Shown one piece after another: positions 26,410-40,500 of a DNA stretch of 64,000 nucleotides (position 1 is the first letter of the stretch; each line of letters starts with the position of its first letter). The translations under genes were made by a program, and so were the position numbers. The stretch comes from Octopus bimaculoides (Eukaryota). Location of the stretch: NCBI RefSeq assembly GCF_001194135.2, contig NC_068983.1, positions 10,384,457 to 10,448,456 on the forward strand. The letters run 5' to 3'. Under the pieces are notes generated by a model, which was not told the origin of the DNA, made no database searches, and was given only the letters and a program-made list of their open reading frames with translations.

Positions 26410-28575
26410 CATTAAAGTATGATCTGAAGATTTTAACTGTTATCTCCAGCAGGTCAAGTGACCATATAAAGACTTCCTTCTTCTCTCATTATAATTTTAT
26501 TTTACAGATGGAATTTTGTGCAGTATTTTATCAACCTTATTAACAATGACACATACAGCTGAACTTGGATGTCTTAGTTAGAGCTTTGATCATAAGTCTC
26601 ACCTGGGATCAAACAACAATCACTCTATCAAATGAACTTAAGTCTCAAGTGCAATCAGTATTCTCTTTGGATCTATTTTTCCATATCAATAAATGACTTA
26701 GGCATAGGCATAGTCATGTGATTAAGAAATTGCTTCCCAACCATATCGTCTTGAATTCAATCTAACTGCATGGCATCTTGGGCAAGGATCATCATCATCA
26801 TCGTTTAACGTCCACCTTCCATGCTAGCATGGGTTGGACGATTTGACTGAGGAATGGTGAACCAGATGGCTACACCAGACTCCAATCTGATCTGGCAGAG
26901 TTTCTACAGCTGGATGCCCTTCCTAACGCCAACTACTCCGAGAGTGTAGTGGGTGCTTTTACGTACCACCAGCACGAGGGCCAGTCTGGCGGTACTGGCA
27001 ACAGCCACGCTCAAAATGGTGTATTTTACGTGCCACCTGCACAGGAGCCAGTCCAGTTTGTACCTAAATAGGTCAGCTCCTGTCCATTTGAACTCCGCCT
27101 AAGGTCGAAGGTTAAAGGGAGATGATCAATCACTTTTTGACAGGACAAAGAAAACCTGTTTTCACGCCTGTTGATTGTGGTGGTTTAGACGACCGAGAAT
27201 TCTTAGATTCGGTTTCGAATCTTGGTTTGGAGAAGGAAGTGTTAATTTTTACATATATATACCTGTCCATATACATATCTCAATGATGGAGCGCAATGTT
27301 CATGAGCATAACACTAAGATAAAGGATTATATCCAAGTATATTTTGTGAATTTAAATGTACCTGAGAAGTGTCATTACAGAGAACGAAATGTCGATGATC
27401 AGCTAAAATGTCAAGACAAAAAAGCAGTTGTAACAGTAGATTGGATCATCGTTGTCATAACCAGAAAATAAACCACGTAATTGTTACTATAACGTTGACC
27501 ATCTTTTTTTTATTTTAAGGACATATCTCATTATGATTTCAATCCAAGGGGTCAGATGATCGATAAAGTTTTCCTTAAATGCCTTGGGGCATAGCTGTTG
27601 TAAGGTATTTGAAAGAAGTAGCACAAAGGAGGTAGCCTGGGCAAAGACAAACAAAGCAATGCATCAGCTCACAAACAAGTTACTCTGTATCTGTGACTTG
27701 TTGGTTGTTCTACTCTCTATATATGGCCCATGTAGGGCTCTTGAAATCCACACTGAAAAATCACTAATTTCGGATGATAGAAGAGATGGACGAAAACTCT
27801 ATAAAAACTGAACACTACACTTAACAGACACCAGTAGTTTCCAACAAAGGAGGGAGCTATTTCAAGGGAGATAAATCTGGTTATACAGTAAGTAAAGCAA
27901 TTTTTTAAAAGTTTTCCTTTTTGATCATACCTCATTTTTCTACTTTATTCTCTGTTATTGTATAAGCTATTATCATATGATATCTATAAACTGATATTTA
28001 CCTATCTACAAATATTGATGTATCACTGAAGACTATTTTAATTCATTAGTGCTATTTTCTGTACAGTAACATCCAGCCTCAAAGTACAACCAAACATCTA
28101 TACTTATGCCAGAATACGAATTCGTGTGAATTTTCTCAATCAAATTGGTCCTTCTGCCTGTCTGTTTTTGTTGTTCCTTTAAATTAGACAGCAATCTATT
28201 TTTTCACTTTGCATATAATCTAACTTTAGCACTTCGTTAGAAAGAGGGACTTGGGAGTAAAAAAAAGTTAAAAAGAAAAATTACTCAATACACTTCAGTA
28301 GAGTTTCAATAGAAAAATTTTATTTTAATCGTTTTTTTTTTTCTTTGTTTTCTTTTTCTTTTCTTTGGAAATTTGACAAGATTCTGATCATACTAAAATA
28401 TACAAATATATAATCAAGACATCTTTATGTTTCAATGAAAAATTAAAATCAGTCTGTTTTATTAAATAATATACAAATTATTAAATTATTAATGTACAAA
28501 TTAATTAAATACAAATGATAATTATGCAGATATTTTTAATAACATCTTAGCCTGCTGTTTTCTCTGGTGGTCATA

Positions 28576-31500
28576 CTATGTTTTGAAGTTGTTTATTTTG
28601 TGTTTTATAGTGGCCCATGTTTCAGCCAAACTTGATGTAATTTCTGTTGGATTTTCACTGAGCCAGATTTCTAAAGTTGGATATACTGTGCCAGGATCAA
28701 ATGGAAACAACTTTAGTAATACATTAGCACAACATAAGTTGATCTGTTGAGGAACTGAAATAAAAGAGAAAAAAAAAACAATGATTCAAATAAATAACTA
28801 CATCACACAGTATATTGTTAAATTAGTTTTGTGGTACAGAGCAATATTCTTCTTTGATTTTACATTTTACCCCCAATTTTATTGTATTATTTCTTGTTTG
28901 GAAAATTACTGATATTCAGTTTAGAAATTGGTTGTGTTATGCAACAAATTTGATCATTTGCATAGGTTAGTAAAACAAGAGTAAATATTTTTTTTTCTAC
29001 ATAAAAAGCACAACAAATGTATCATAGAAAGATATATGAAATTGTACAGTATGCTGAACAAATTTCAACAGTTCGTAAACAAAGAAAGAATGACATAAAA
29101 AAAATACTATCAAAGGGTTACGATGTAAACATTACTTAAACCATGTTTCTACTATTGTCATTGCACTGTTAATATAGATGACAAATCTCATCAGAGATCA
29201 TTAAAATAGTTTGTGGAAAGGACATCCAGCCATAAAGCACCACCTTGTGAAATCTGTCTGATTCATGTTAGCATTGAATAGCAAAGCAACAACGAGGAGG
29301 AGGAGGAGGACATTAATACTTCTCAGTTATTCTATTAACAAAAAGGAAAAAAAAAAAAAAGAAAATGTTTAATTAAATTATATTTTAATTTCAATCAAAT
29401 AGTAAATAACTTACCTTTTTTAGAGGCTAAGAGTGGTTTCAGGAGGTAATTCACAGCATAGCATGCAGTTTTGTCCCTTGTCTGACCATGTAAATACAAA
29501 TTACCTATTAGGAGATAAGATAATTAACGTTAGACATTTTATTGTGTAATCTTTAGTCTGAAGAAAAACAAATAGTTTAAAGATGTTTGCAATGATGATG
29601 AGTTGGATCAATGTGGTTTATGTTCAGTTTGAAATGTTAAAGGATTAGTGATTATGAGAAAATATGGAGAAGATAAATCCCGAAAGATGCAGGTCTGAGG
29701 AGATGAACTAAGCAAAATATGAAATGTCAAACAATGTAGAAAGTGAAATACAAGAGGAACCATTAATTCAAAATGTATTTTATGTTGCTGTTTTTCATAA
29801 TTTCCAATTTTCTAGGTTTGCATGAATGAGATGGATCTTGATGAGCAAAGGTAGATGCATGGCTGTGTGGTTAAGAAGCTTGATTCGCAGTCATGTGGCA
29901 CTTGGTTAAATCCCACCATTACTGTACCTTGAACAAGTGCTTCCTACAACAGCCTTGACTTAACCAATGTCTTAGGAGCAAAATTTGGTTTAAACAGAAA
30001 CTGTGTGTAATCGTCATGTGCACAAGCATGCATACATGTATCTATCCATCCATCCATTTTTGCCACCCACTATACCCAGGAGTACCATGTAGATAGAGTC
30101 CTCAGGCACTTCTTTCATAGGGTCCAATCAGAAGCACTCAATCCTTCAGCTTGAAGAATCTTTCTTGTGACCCTTTCCTTTGACATTCTAACCACATGTT
30201 TGTAATACTGGAGCTGTGACCTCCCAAAGCAGAGAAATAGTGTCTCAACCTGGAGAGACTCCCTGATCTCCAAGCTATGCCTCCTATAGACTAACATTAC
30301 TCCGGAGACCGTCCAGAGGAACACCATTTCGGTCACTTGTATTTGTGATTGTTCCCTCACTGGCACTTGTGCCGGTGGCACGTTAGAAAACATTCGAGCA
30401 AGGTCGTTGCCAGTGCCGCTGGATTGGCTCCTGTGCAGGTGACACGTAAAAAACACCATTTGAGCATGGCTGTTGCCAGTAGCGCCTGACTGGCCCTCGT
30501 GCCGGTGGCGCGTAAAAGCACCCACTACACTCTCGCAGGGGTTGGCGTTAGGAAGGGCATCCAGCTGTAGAAACTCTGCCAGATCAGATTGGAGCCTGGT
30601 GTAGCCATCTGGTTTCACCAGTCCTCAGTCAGATCGTCCAACCCATGCTAGCATGGAAAGCGGACGTTAAACGATGATGATGATATATATGTATATCAGA
30701 AAAAATGCTAACAACAGTGAATGATGCACTACTTTGGCAAGTAAATGAAAAAAATGGTGCTTTCACATAAAAATATCCCATGTGCCATTTGTTCTAAATA
30801 GCAAAGATATCCCACTTGCCACCACTTTTCTCAGAAAAGCAGTGAAGCAGTGACTGGCCCATTGGAAATCTGGAATCAACAAGGTTTCCACGAAGGCAAG
30901 TAAAGTGGTGTAGCAAAGTTATGAAGCTTGCTCAAACAAAAAAACCCATTGGATGTAGCAAAGGAGATTAATTGTAATACCAATTGGAAATCTGACAAAA
31001 TACCAAACATAACAGACTTACCTAACATTTCAAGTATGAAAGACAAGACAGTAGTGACCGATTCACTTGGTTCTTCAACTGAGAGATATTTTTTTAACAA
31101 AGGACCGATACGGTTCCGAATTAGACTGTTCGTCCAGGACCAATTCTCTTGGAGACTCAGCAGTTCGATTCCTTTCATTAGACGGAATGTATCATCTGGA
31201 GAGAAACAAATATAGTGATATACAGTATAAGTACAGATATTATACAGAATATAGACACATAATATTGATTTAAAATTTTAGCAAAAAGCCAGCAATTTCA
31301 GAGGAGGGGCAAGTCAATTACATCAACCCCAGTGTCCAACTGGTACTTATTTTATCAACTCCCGAAAGGATGAAAGGCAAAGTCAACCTCGGAGGAGCTT
31401 GAATTCAGAACAAAGATGGACGAAATACCACTTAGTATTTTTCCCAGTATGCTAAGGATTCTGCTGGCTGGTCACCTTCTATTGACATATAATATTACAA

Positions 31501-34500
31501 AAAAATATAATAGTATACACTATAACTCATCATCGTTTAACGCCCACTTTCTATGCTAGCATGGGTTGGACGATTTGACGGAGGACTGGTGAACCGGATG
31601 GCTGCACCAGGCTCCAATCTGATCTGGCAGAGTTTCTACAGCTGGATGCCCTTCCTAATGCCAACCACTCCGAGAGTGTAGCGGGTGCTTTTACGTGCCA
31701 CCGGCACGAGGGCCAGTCACACAGTACTGGCAACGGCCATGCTCGAGAAGGTGTTTTTTACATGCCACCTGCATGAGAGCCAGTCCAGCGGCACTGGCAA
31801 TGACCTCACTCGAATGATTTTCTAACGTGCCACCAGCTCTAGTGCTAGAAGACAACGCAGGTAACGATTACATTCAAATGGTGCTATTTACAGGCCACTA
31901 GCACGGAAGCCAGACAGCTGCTCTGGCAATGAACATGCTCGGACTCAGATATATAACATAGTATACAGACATATAACATGGATGGAATACAGGTATATAG
32001 CAATATCATCATCATCCAGTCACACCGCTTATATTGATATACAGCTTGTAAAGATATAGTCATATAGTGAATTTGCAGTTATTAGAGTACTGGATAGAAT
32101 GCTTTACAGTATTGGATCCAACACTTACTGCTCTGAGTTCAAATCCCATCAAGGTCGACTTTGTCTTTCATAAGTAAGCAAAAATAACTGAAACAAAGAA
32201 ATCAAATGGAAAATAATCAAACCTCTGCTCATTGTAGCATCAAGACAACCCTGAAGTTGTGCTAAAAGCTGGCGTGGGACCTCATTTTTCCTGCTTTCTG
32301 CTTGAAGAGTCCACCCACACAGTTTATGTAAACACCGCAGAATCTAAAAACAGAAAAATTGTAAAATTGAATTTAAATCCTAGATTAATACAGAAACAGA
32401 ACATATTAAAATTCTAATCCACACCATTATAGGTTTTCTTTCTTTGTATCATAACCACAGCTAACTATAAAACATCTATCATGTAAAACATTGAGGGAAC
32501 CTCTTTCTCAGTAGTTCTTAATCTGGGGTCTCCTTCTTTACTTATCCTACATTGAATATGCATGGTTTAGTGGTCAGCATGTTAGGGTCATGATTTCTGG
32601 ACTGGTTGACATACTATGTCATTGAGCAAGGCACTTCCTTTCACATTGCTCCAGTCTACTCAGCAGAAACTGAATACCAGCTTAGTGCTGCTACAACATT
32701 TTACTCCCTCAAACTGTCACATCCTTGATGTTTCACAGGGCAAAGGAGTGTAAATATCAAGAAAATGTCTATGTTTGCTTACAACTACACAGAGATCTAT
32801 AACAATCAGTGAAAGCATGGTACATGCTGTCTAGTTATACTCACTTGCAAGTAACAGCTATGGTTACTTTTCACAGTAACAATTATACACTTCCTTCCTC
32901 TCTTTATCAAGATGTACTTGTGCATTTAGGGAGCATAAACAGTTTAACACTGATGTGTATGTGTGTCTTTGTGTGTGCTGAAGTTAACTCAAACAGTTCA
33001 TCTATATCATCATTTAACATCTGCTTTCCACACTGGCATGGGTTATATGGCTTTAATAAAGGACATTTGCCAAAGCTGTAATGCAGCGGGACTAAATCTG
33101 GAACCTTGTAGTTGGGAAGCAAGTTTCTTTATCATACAACCATGTCTCCATTGTTTGTAGTAATTCAGTGCATGGTGAATTGAAATTTGAGACAAGTATC
33201 ACTACAATTTTAAAGAAAAGGTTTCTTCAATGAACATGATCATAAGAATAACCAGTGATTGAACAAAGGCAAATGTTGGAGATTATATTCATAACAAATT
33301 CAATGAATAGTTTTGCATTCCTTGCATGAATTTTTTCATGCTTAGTTATGTATGTACTCATGAAAAAAAAATAGACACCAGAGGCAAACCTGAAGATCAC
33401 TCACCTTTTTATCTACATGTTTTCCTTTGATTGAATTAACTACCACGTGTTCAATAACTTGAGGTAAAGTCACATGTCCACCTGTGAAATAGATAAAGAA
33501 AAATTAAAAAGAACCTATTTTTGAAATGATGTCATACAAAGAATGCAATAACTGGTAGAATTGTAGGAAACACCATTACTGAATACGCAGGTGGCATGTG
33601 AAAATCATTCAAGCGAGGTTGTTACCAGTGCTGCTGGACTGGCTCTTGTGCAGGTGGCACGTAAAAAACACCACTTGAGCGTGGCCGTTGCCAGTACCGC
33701 CTGACTGGCCCTAGTGCTGGTGGCACATAAACGCACCCACTACATTCTCGAAGTGGTTGGCGTTAGGAAGGACATCCAGCTGTAGAAACTCTGCCAGATC
33801 AGACTGGAGCCTGGTGCAGCCATCTGGTTCACCAGTCCTCAGTCAATTCATCCAACCCATGCTAGCATGGAAAGCGGATGTTAAACGATAAAGATAATGA
33901 TGAATGTACTGTGGTAGACATAAACTTCAACCATTGCATAACAATATTTGTAATGAAACATACAGCCTATGTTTCTAGAAAATTTCGAAGTATTCAACAA
34001 TTTGGTAATTAATCTAGTAAAATAACAACTTTGTTTAATTTATGAGCAGAAAGAAAACGTAAGGTCCAACTGGCCAATCAAAAGTTCATGGTAGATTATT
34101 AGATTTAAGATTAAGATTATAAAACCTAAATATAAAAAAAGGTTACCTTCTCTGTTAAAAGTCAACACCAAAGGCCATGTAGCAGAGACGGTTAAAGCAA
34201 ACAGCATGTACTGAGGAGAGGGCAGCTGGCATAATATGTTATAAAAGAAAATACGGGCCGTACTAAGTTGACCTACAAGAAAAGGGAAAAAGAGAAAAAT
34301 TATATAAAAAGTGCATAGCAAATAGAGAATTATAAAATATGTTAATTCACTGAAGCACAATATACTCATAAATAGATTTAGGAGAATGTGTGTGTGTTCT
34401 GGTGTACCCCAGTTTTAAAGTGGGCACACTCCATCTCTGCATGAAGAGATGAAAAGACTAAAAGAGTTGGCAACAGGAAAGGTGTCTGACTGCAAAAGAC

Positions 34501-37500
34501 TGCATCAGAAAAACCATCCAACTTAGCATGGTAAAGTTTATGTGAATCACTGATGATTATAGATGTGTGTGTGTCTTCATTTTTAGAAAAGATGCCTGCA
34601 TGCTGTAAGAGGCAATTAAAATTGTTAATTTCAAAAAGGACACCCAAATGTGAAAGACTACTTCAAAAGGTCTTGTCCAACCCATGACAGTATGGTAAAG
34701 GAGATGGAAAAACAACAAAGATGATATATAAATTATATATATAAAAAACAATACAAGCTCTAACCTAAGATCTGCTCTCTTTCCATTGCTCAAGATTGGT
34801 GTTCATAAATATTCTATAATATATTTATTTCATATAATTTTTTCAAAACATTGCGAAACCCACACTTCAGTAAAAAAAAAAAAAAAAAACATCTTAAATG
34901 CAGAATGTTTATTTATTTATTTAGATTTTGACCTTAAAGTCAGCTCATTGTTTCCCTGTATTATCACATTGTCATCAGAGGTTAAAAATCAATTTTTGAT
35001 TTGTGATGATATTGCAATAAAAGAGGGTAGCTGCGCCAGCTGTAAGTCAATGTACCGATATAAGACATTATTAAGTTACATTGTTTATTAAAGAACTTCT
35101 TTAATAAACAATGTAACTTAATAATGTCTTATATCTGTACATTAAGTTACATTGTTTATTAAAGAACTTCTTACATTTTTATATTATATCGAGACAAATC
35201 TATAAAATAAATTTTTTCCAAAGCTTTTTCTTTTGGTTATTAATCTAAAATCCCAAATGTTTGATGTCCCCTTTTATTCATCATAGTCTTCCAGGCAATA
35301 ACAGAGGAATTCAAGACGGGTTGCCCCTGGGAGCTCCTCTATGCTGATGAACTGGCCCTCGTAGCAGAATCACTACCAGAACTAGAGAAGAAATTTCGGG
35401 TGTGGAAGCAAGGTTTAGAATCAAAAGGCCTTAGAGTCAATGTAGCAAAGACCAAAGTTCTAGTAAGTAGGAAGGCGAACTCGTCACACACCCTCTCAGG
35501 TAGGTGGCCCTGCTCGATCTGTAGAAAAGTTGTAGGTAGAAACTCCATAAGATGTACCCAGTGTAAGCTTTGGACACATAAGAGGTGCAGCAACATCAAA
35601 GGAAGATTAACCAGGAAAATAGCTTTCGTGTGTGGCAGATGCACAGGGGCAATAAACACCACAGATGCTCAGAAAACAGATTCCATCACACTCCAGAGAG
35701 AGAAACTAGAAATAGCTGATAGCTTCCGCTACCTAGGTGACCAAGTTAGTAGTAGAGGTGGATGCTTTGAGAGTGTTACCACTAGAATAAGAATAGCCTG
35801 GGTGAAGTTTAGAAAGCTTCTACCCCTGCTGGTGACAAAGGGCCTCTTGCTCAGAGTGAAAGGTAGATTGTACAATGCATGTGTGCGAACTGCCATGCTT
35901 CACTGCAGTGAAACATGGGCCGTGACTGCAAAGGACATGTGTAGGCTTGAAATAAATAAAGCTAGTATGATCTGCTGGATGTGTAATGTCAGTGTGCATA
36001 CATGACAGATTGTAAGCGCCCTGAGAGAAATGTTGGACATAAGATGCATCGGATGTGGCATGCAAGAGGGACTTTTGCGTTGGTATAGTTATGTACTACG
36101 GATGGATGAGGAGAGCTGTGTGAAGAAGTGCCACTCCCAAACAGTTGAAGGAATCTGGGGTAGAGGTAGACCCAGGAAGACCGGTGGCACGTAAAAAGCA
36201 CCCACTACACTTACGGAGTGGTTGGCGTTAGGAAGGGCATCCAGCTGTAGAAACATTGCCAGATCAGACTGGAGCCTGGTACAGCCTCCTGGCTTCTCAG
36301 ACCCCAGTTGAACCATCCAACCCATGCTAGCATGGAAAATAGATGTATGATGATGATGATATATATATATATATATATATACATAGTTTTAGGGAAAATA
36401 ACCAATTTTCAAGAACTCATCGATGAAAATCCACTATCACATATAGAAAAATTAATAATTAAAAGCACAATAAATGAGTATAATATAAAGTAAAGTAAAT
36501 ATCATAAGATAAATATAATAAAATAATAATAAAATAATAATAATATTATATTTATCTTATGATATTTACTTTACTTTATATTATACTCATTTATTGTGCT
36601 TTTAATTATTAACTTTTCTATATGTGATAGTGGATTTTCATCGATGAGTTCTTGAAAATTGGTTATTTTCCCTAAAACTATATATTTTATATATACTTTA
36701 TCTATAAGGCTCAATTTAATTTTAATTTTTTATAAATTGATTTTAATTGAGTTTTTTACCTGTAATTTTGGATTTTGTCCCTAATATTATTATTATTATA
36801 TATATATATATATATATATGTATAAGAAACATTTTTTCTAGTTGTTTTGTTTTACATGGTTAGGTCTTAGACAATGGGAAGTTACCTAAGGAATTCTTGC
36901 TGAATATGGATTGTAAAGGGTGTGAAGTAAGTGAGCAGTTAATAAGGACCTTGGAGAGAGGTGAAACAAATCAATGTTCAACAGGAATACATTATGACAT
37001 CTGATATTGAGAGTGGAAGAGTATCGTGTTCATGCCGTTTTTGATTAGTCCAAGTCAGTTCTATTTGACTGGGCCTATAAAGAAGGGAATCAACACCCAA
37101 TGCACGTTTACATATAAGCTGGTTAGTATTTCTGTTTAGCCTGAAGTCTGTCAGATAAGTAATCTCACATAGACACATGTGTACTTTTTCCATGCAAGTA
37201 TAGGTTGAACAGGACTTGTTAAGGCAGCATTCTACAACCAGATGTCATTCCTATCACCAGTCATTATGCATTTCAAAGTAAAGTACTTAGTCCTTTGGTC
37301 TTTTGAAAGATTATCTGCTCAACAGCTGAACATGTTTTTATGTTAAACATAAACAACACCACTACCTATGCAGTGAAATTGTTTTGTTTTGGGTTTTTTT
37401 CTGATATAGCATGTAAAGAATGGATATTTATTTTTGTATCAATCTTGACATGCTTACATTTGGAATTGGCAATTCCAGGTATCTTCCCATAATCCAGATA

Positions 37501-40500
37501 ATTCTCAATGTCCACTTTCACTAACAAACACTGACTTTATCTTCAAATCAGTTAGCTGAATTCATAGATTGTCTGGGATTCCTTACAACCTAATCTATTA
37601 CCTAGTCTTGATAAATCAGTAACAAAGCTTAATCTTTATCTTTTAACATGTGCAGGACACATATGCACACAGACCCACACACACACACACACGTTTACAT
37701 ACACACATACTCACTAACACATGTACAGATCAATACTTAAACACACACAAGTGCATAGCAGGACCTTAAAACTTATGTACATACACAGCTGCATGCATGG
37801 AGCTGTGATTTAGAAATACTAAAAAGTAGGGCAAGTTAGATAAAGAGAATAGATAAATACACACCTAGATACATTTGCATATCAAACTAAACTAGGTAGA
37901 TGGAACAAATACTGATTTATCCTTCAGCATTCAGATTTGTCTGTCAAATCTAATAATTATTCATTCACAGTGTTTTAAATTAACCATCTAGCAGCTTCAT
38001 GATTTTGATGATGAGATTGTTTATTTTTAGAATAACATAGTAGGGTAGGTGTGAAAAGCCAGGTCTGGCTGGTTAGAGCATAAAACAAGAATATTTGGAC
38101 AGGATATGGGTGCTTAAAATGCTAAAGGGTTAAATACAGGTTTCATGAAGCTGACCTTCGCTTGATGGGTAAAATTTTTATTAAATATAAAAACAGTCTC
38201 ACCTTGAAGACGGCATAAAGCAATATATACACGGCTGAAATGAAAGAAGGAAGAGATGTCAGATGCAATTTTCAAATGTTATAGTGTGTGTGTGTGTGTG
38301 TGTGTATGAGAGAGAGAGAGAGAGAGAGAGATACTCAGTAATGAATCTTATGATGATGATCATGCAATGACAGCTATATATGTGACTGTAAAAAACCTCC
38401 ATTTCTTTAATATCAATCTTCCAAAGTAAGTCAAACCATATCTAATAGTAACTACTGCACTGAAGTAATAAACTGACTAGCCTGTTAGTCTAACCACCTA
38501 CTTCTGAAATTAATGTGTAACTTCTGAGTTATTCTAGAGACACATGTACCCTTAACAGTAGCCAGCGAGGAAATGAGTAGATAGTTCAACGGTACAAACT
38601 CAGATTTGATTATTTGGAGGAATTGGATTCACTCACAAGGAATTCTGCCTGTAACCAGTTATATAAATAGCAGATCTCTAAAAACCATGGAACCCTGACT
38701 TTTGGATACAGTTCTTTAGCTTTCAAAATTCACTAACTACTCAACTTACACACACACTATAGTTTCAACCCCTAGGACTCATTAGACAAGTTACCCAGTT
38801 TGTATTGCACACAAGTGACCGATACCACAACATCCCCTCTAATTGGGGATACTGGTTTGTTGTAGAGTCAAGGCCAGCAATTTTGAAGGGAGGGGACAAG
38901 TCAATTACATTGATCCCAGTGCTCGACTGACACTTTATTTTGTTGACCCCAAACGAATGAAAGGCAAAGTTGACCTGAACAGGATTTGAACTCAGAATGT
39001 AAAGAGCTGGAAGAAATACTGCTAAATATTTGGTCCAACATGCAAACAATTCTGCCACTCACCACTTTTGCTGAGGAAATACTTCCTGAGTGTTCACAGA
39101 AAGTTAAACTTATCTCTAACTGATCGTTAATTACTTCGCATTATCTGAGCTATAAAACCAAATAAGAACAGATAAGGCAGCTGTAAATTTAAGACATTTG
39201 TCTCGTAGTTCAATATATAATATGCTACAACAACTATATCATTGTTGTTTGGTCCCATGTGAGCTCTGATTGAGCAGATTCATGATTAAAAACATTCTAA
39301 CTTGACCATTATAACATTATGTATCTAAGACCACATTATCTAATTTCTTCTGCTATTTTTAGTAGGTCACGCATCTATGTAAAAGTTCTCTCATTGGCTA
39401 TGTTGTATCCTTCAGCAAAGCACATTAGTCAGCCGGTTCCAATCCTGCCTCACTCTTTGGTTCACTGATTAGTCAATAATAAGAAAATAGCTGACAACCA
39501 GCTAAAAATACATATTGTAAATTACACCTGCCCACATACATATTAACATAGGAAAATAGACATAGAAAAGGCAAAAAACAAAAACTTTCAATTCACACAC
39601 ACACACACACACACATCCACTTATATAAATATATATATGCTGAATAACTTACCAAAGAGACCATCTTCCTAAATGGTTTGATTCCTTGCCATAGTTGTAC
39701 ACAGCTTTCTGAATACTATCACAGAGTTTAGGGATAAAATCATTCTAGAAAAGAAAAAAAAATCAATAAATGAAAATGTAAATAATAAATTTTTTATCAT
39801 TAATAATAACAATTATTATTATCACTAATATTTTTTTAAATCATTTCTTTTACAAATAACAATGATTTCTAAAAGATTTAAGATTTCACACTGTGGGGTG
39901 AAAAGAGAGGTACAGTTGATTATATTGACCCCAGTATTTCACTGCTATTAATCCCAAAAAGATGAAAGACAAAATTTTAAAACATAAAATAAAATAAACA
40001 TCTGTCATTCTACTGATTTGTGAACCCAGTATTCTAATAATTCTGTAAATCCATGTTATTTGCCCATCATTGTACCTATTATATCAATTCACTATATTTA
40101 TTCTTTCAAATCACTGTGATTTAATTTACCATTCTACTGATTTTGTTAATCCATCACTCTCTCTCCTGAAGATAGAGACTCTAATCTACATGTGTTTAGA
40201 TTCATACATGTAAATCTGGGAATACGGTATTTTCTTATACTTACTACATCTGGTCGATCATTTAGAACACTGATAAGATGAAAGAGTCTAGTTTCTTTTT
40301 CACTCAGGTAAGGTGTTGGTTGTCCTGCATTAGAGTGGATATAGTACCACTGGACCATTTCATGCTGGCTTGCCTCCAGCAACTGAAAGTAAAAGAATAA
40401 TAAAGGCATAAAAAAAAAGTTGATAGTTATATATAAAATGATGGAGGTTATAGGTTCTGACTGGCAGAATCAGAAGAAAACCTGATAAAATGTTGTGTGT

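Noticed and set aside
30115-30618. 167-aa [26 protein letters not shown]... and similar ORFs (9369-9758, 11448-11714, 49336-49647)
   Set aside because: These are translations of SINE or RTE-tail repeats that recur many times in the window.
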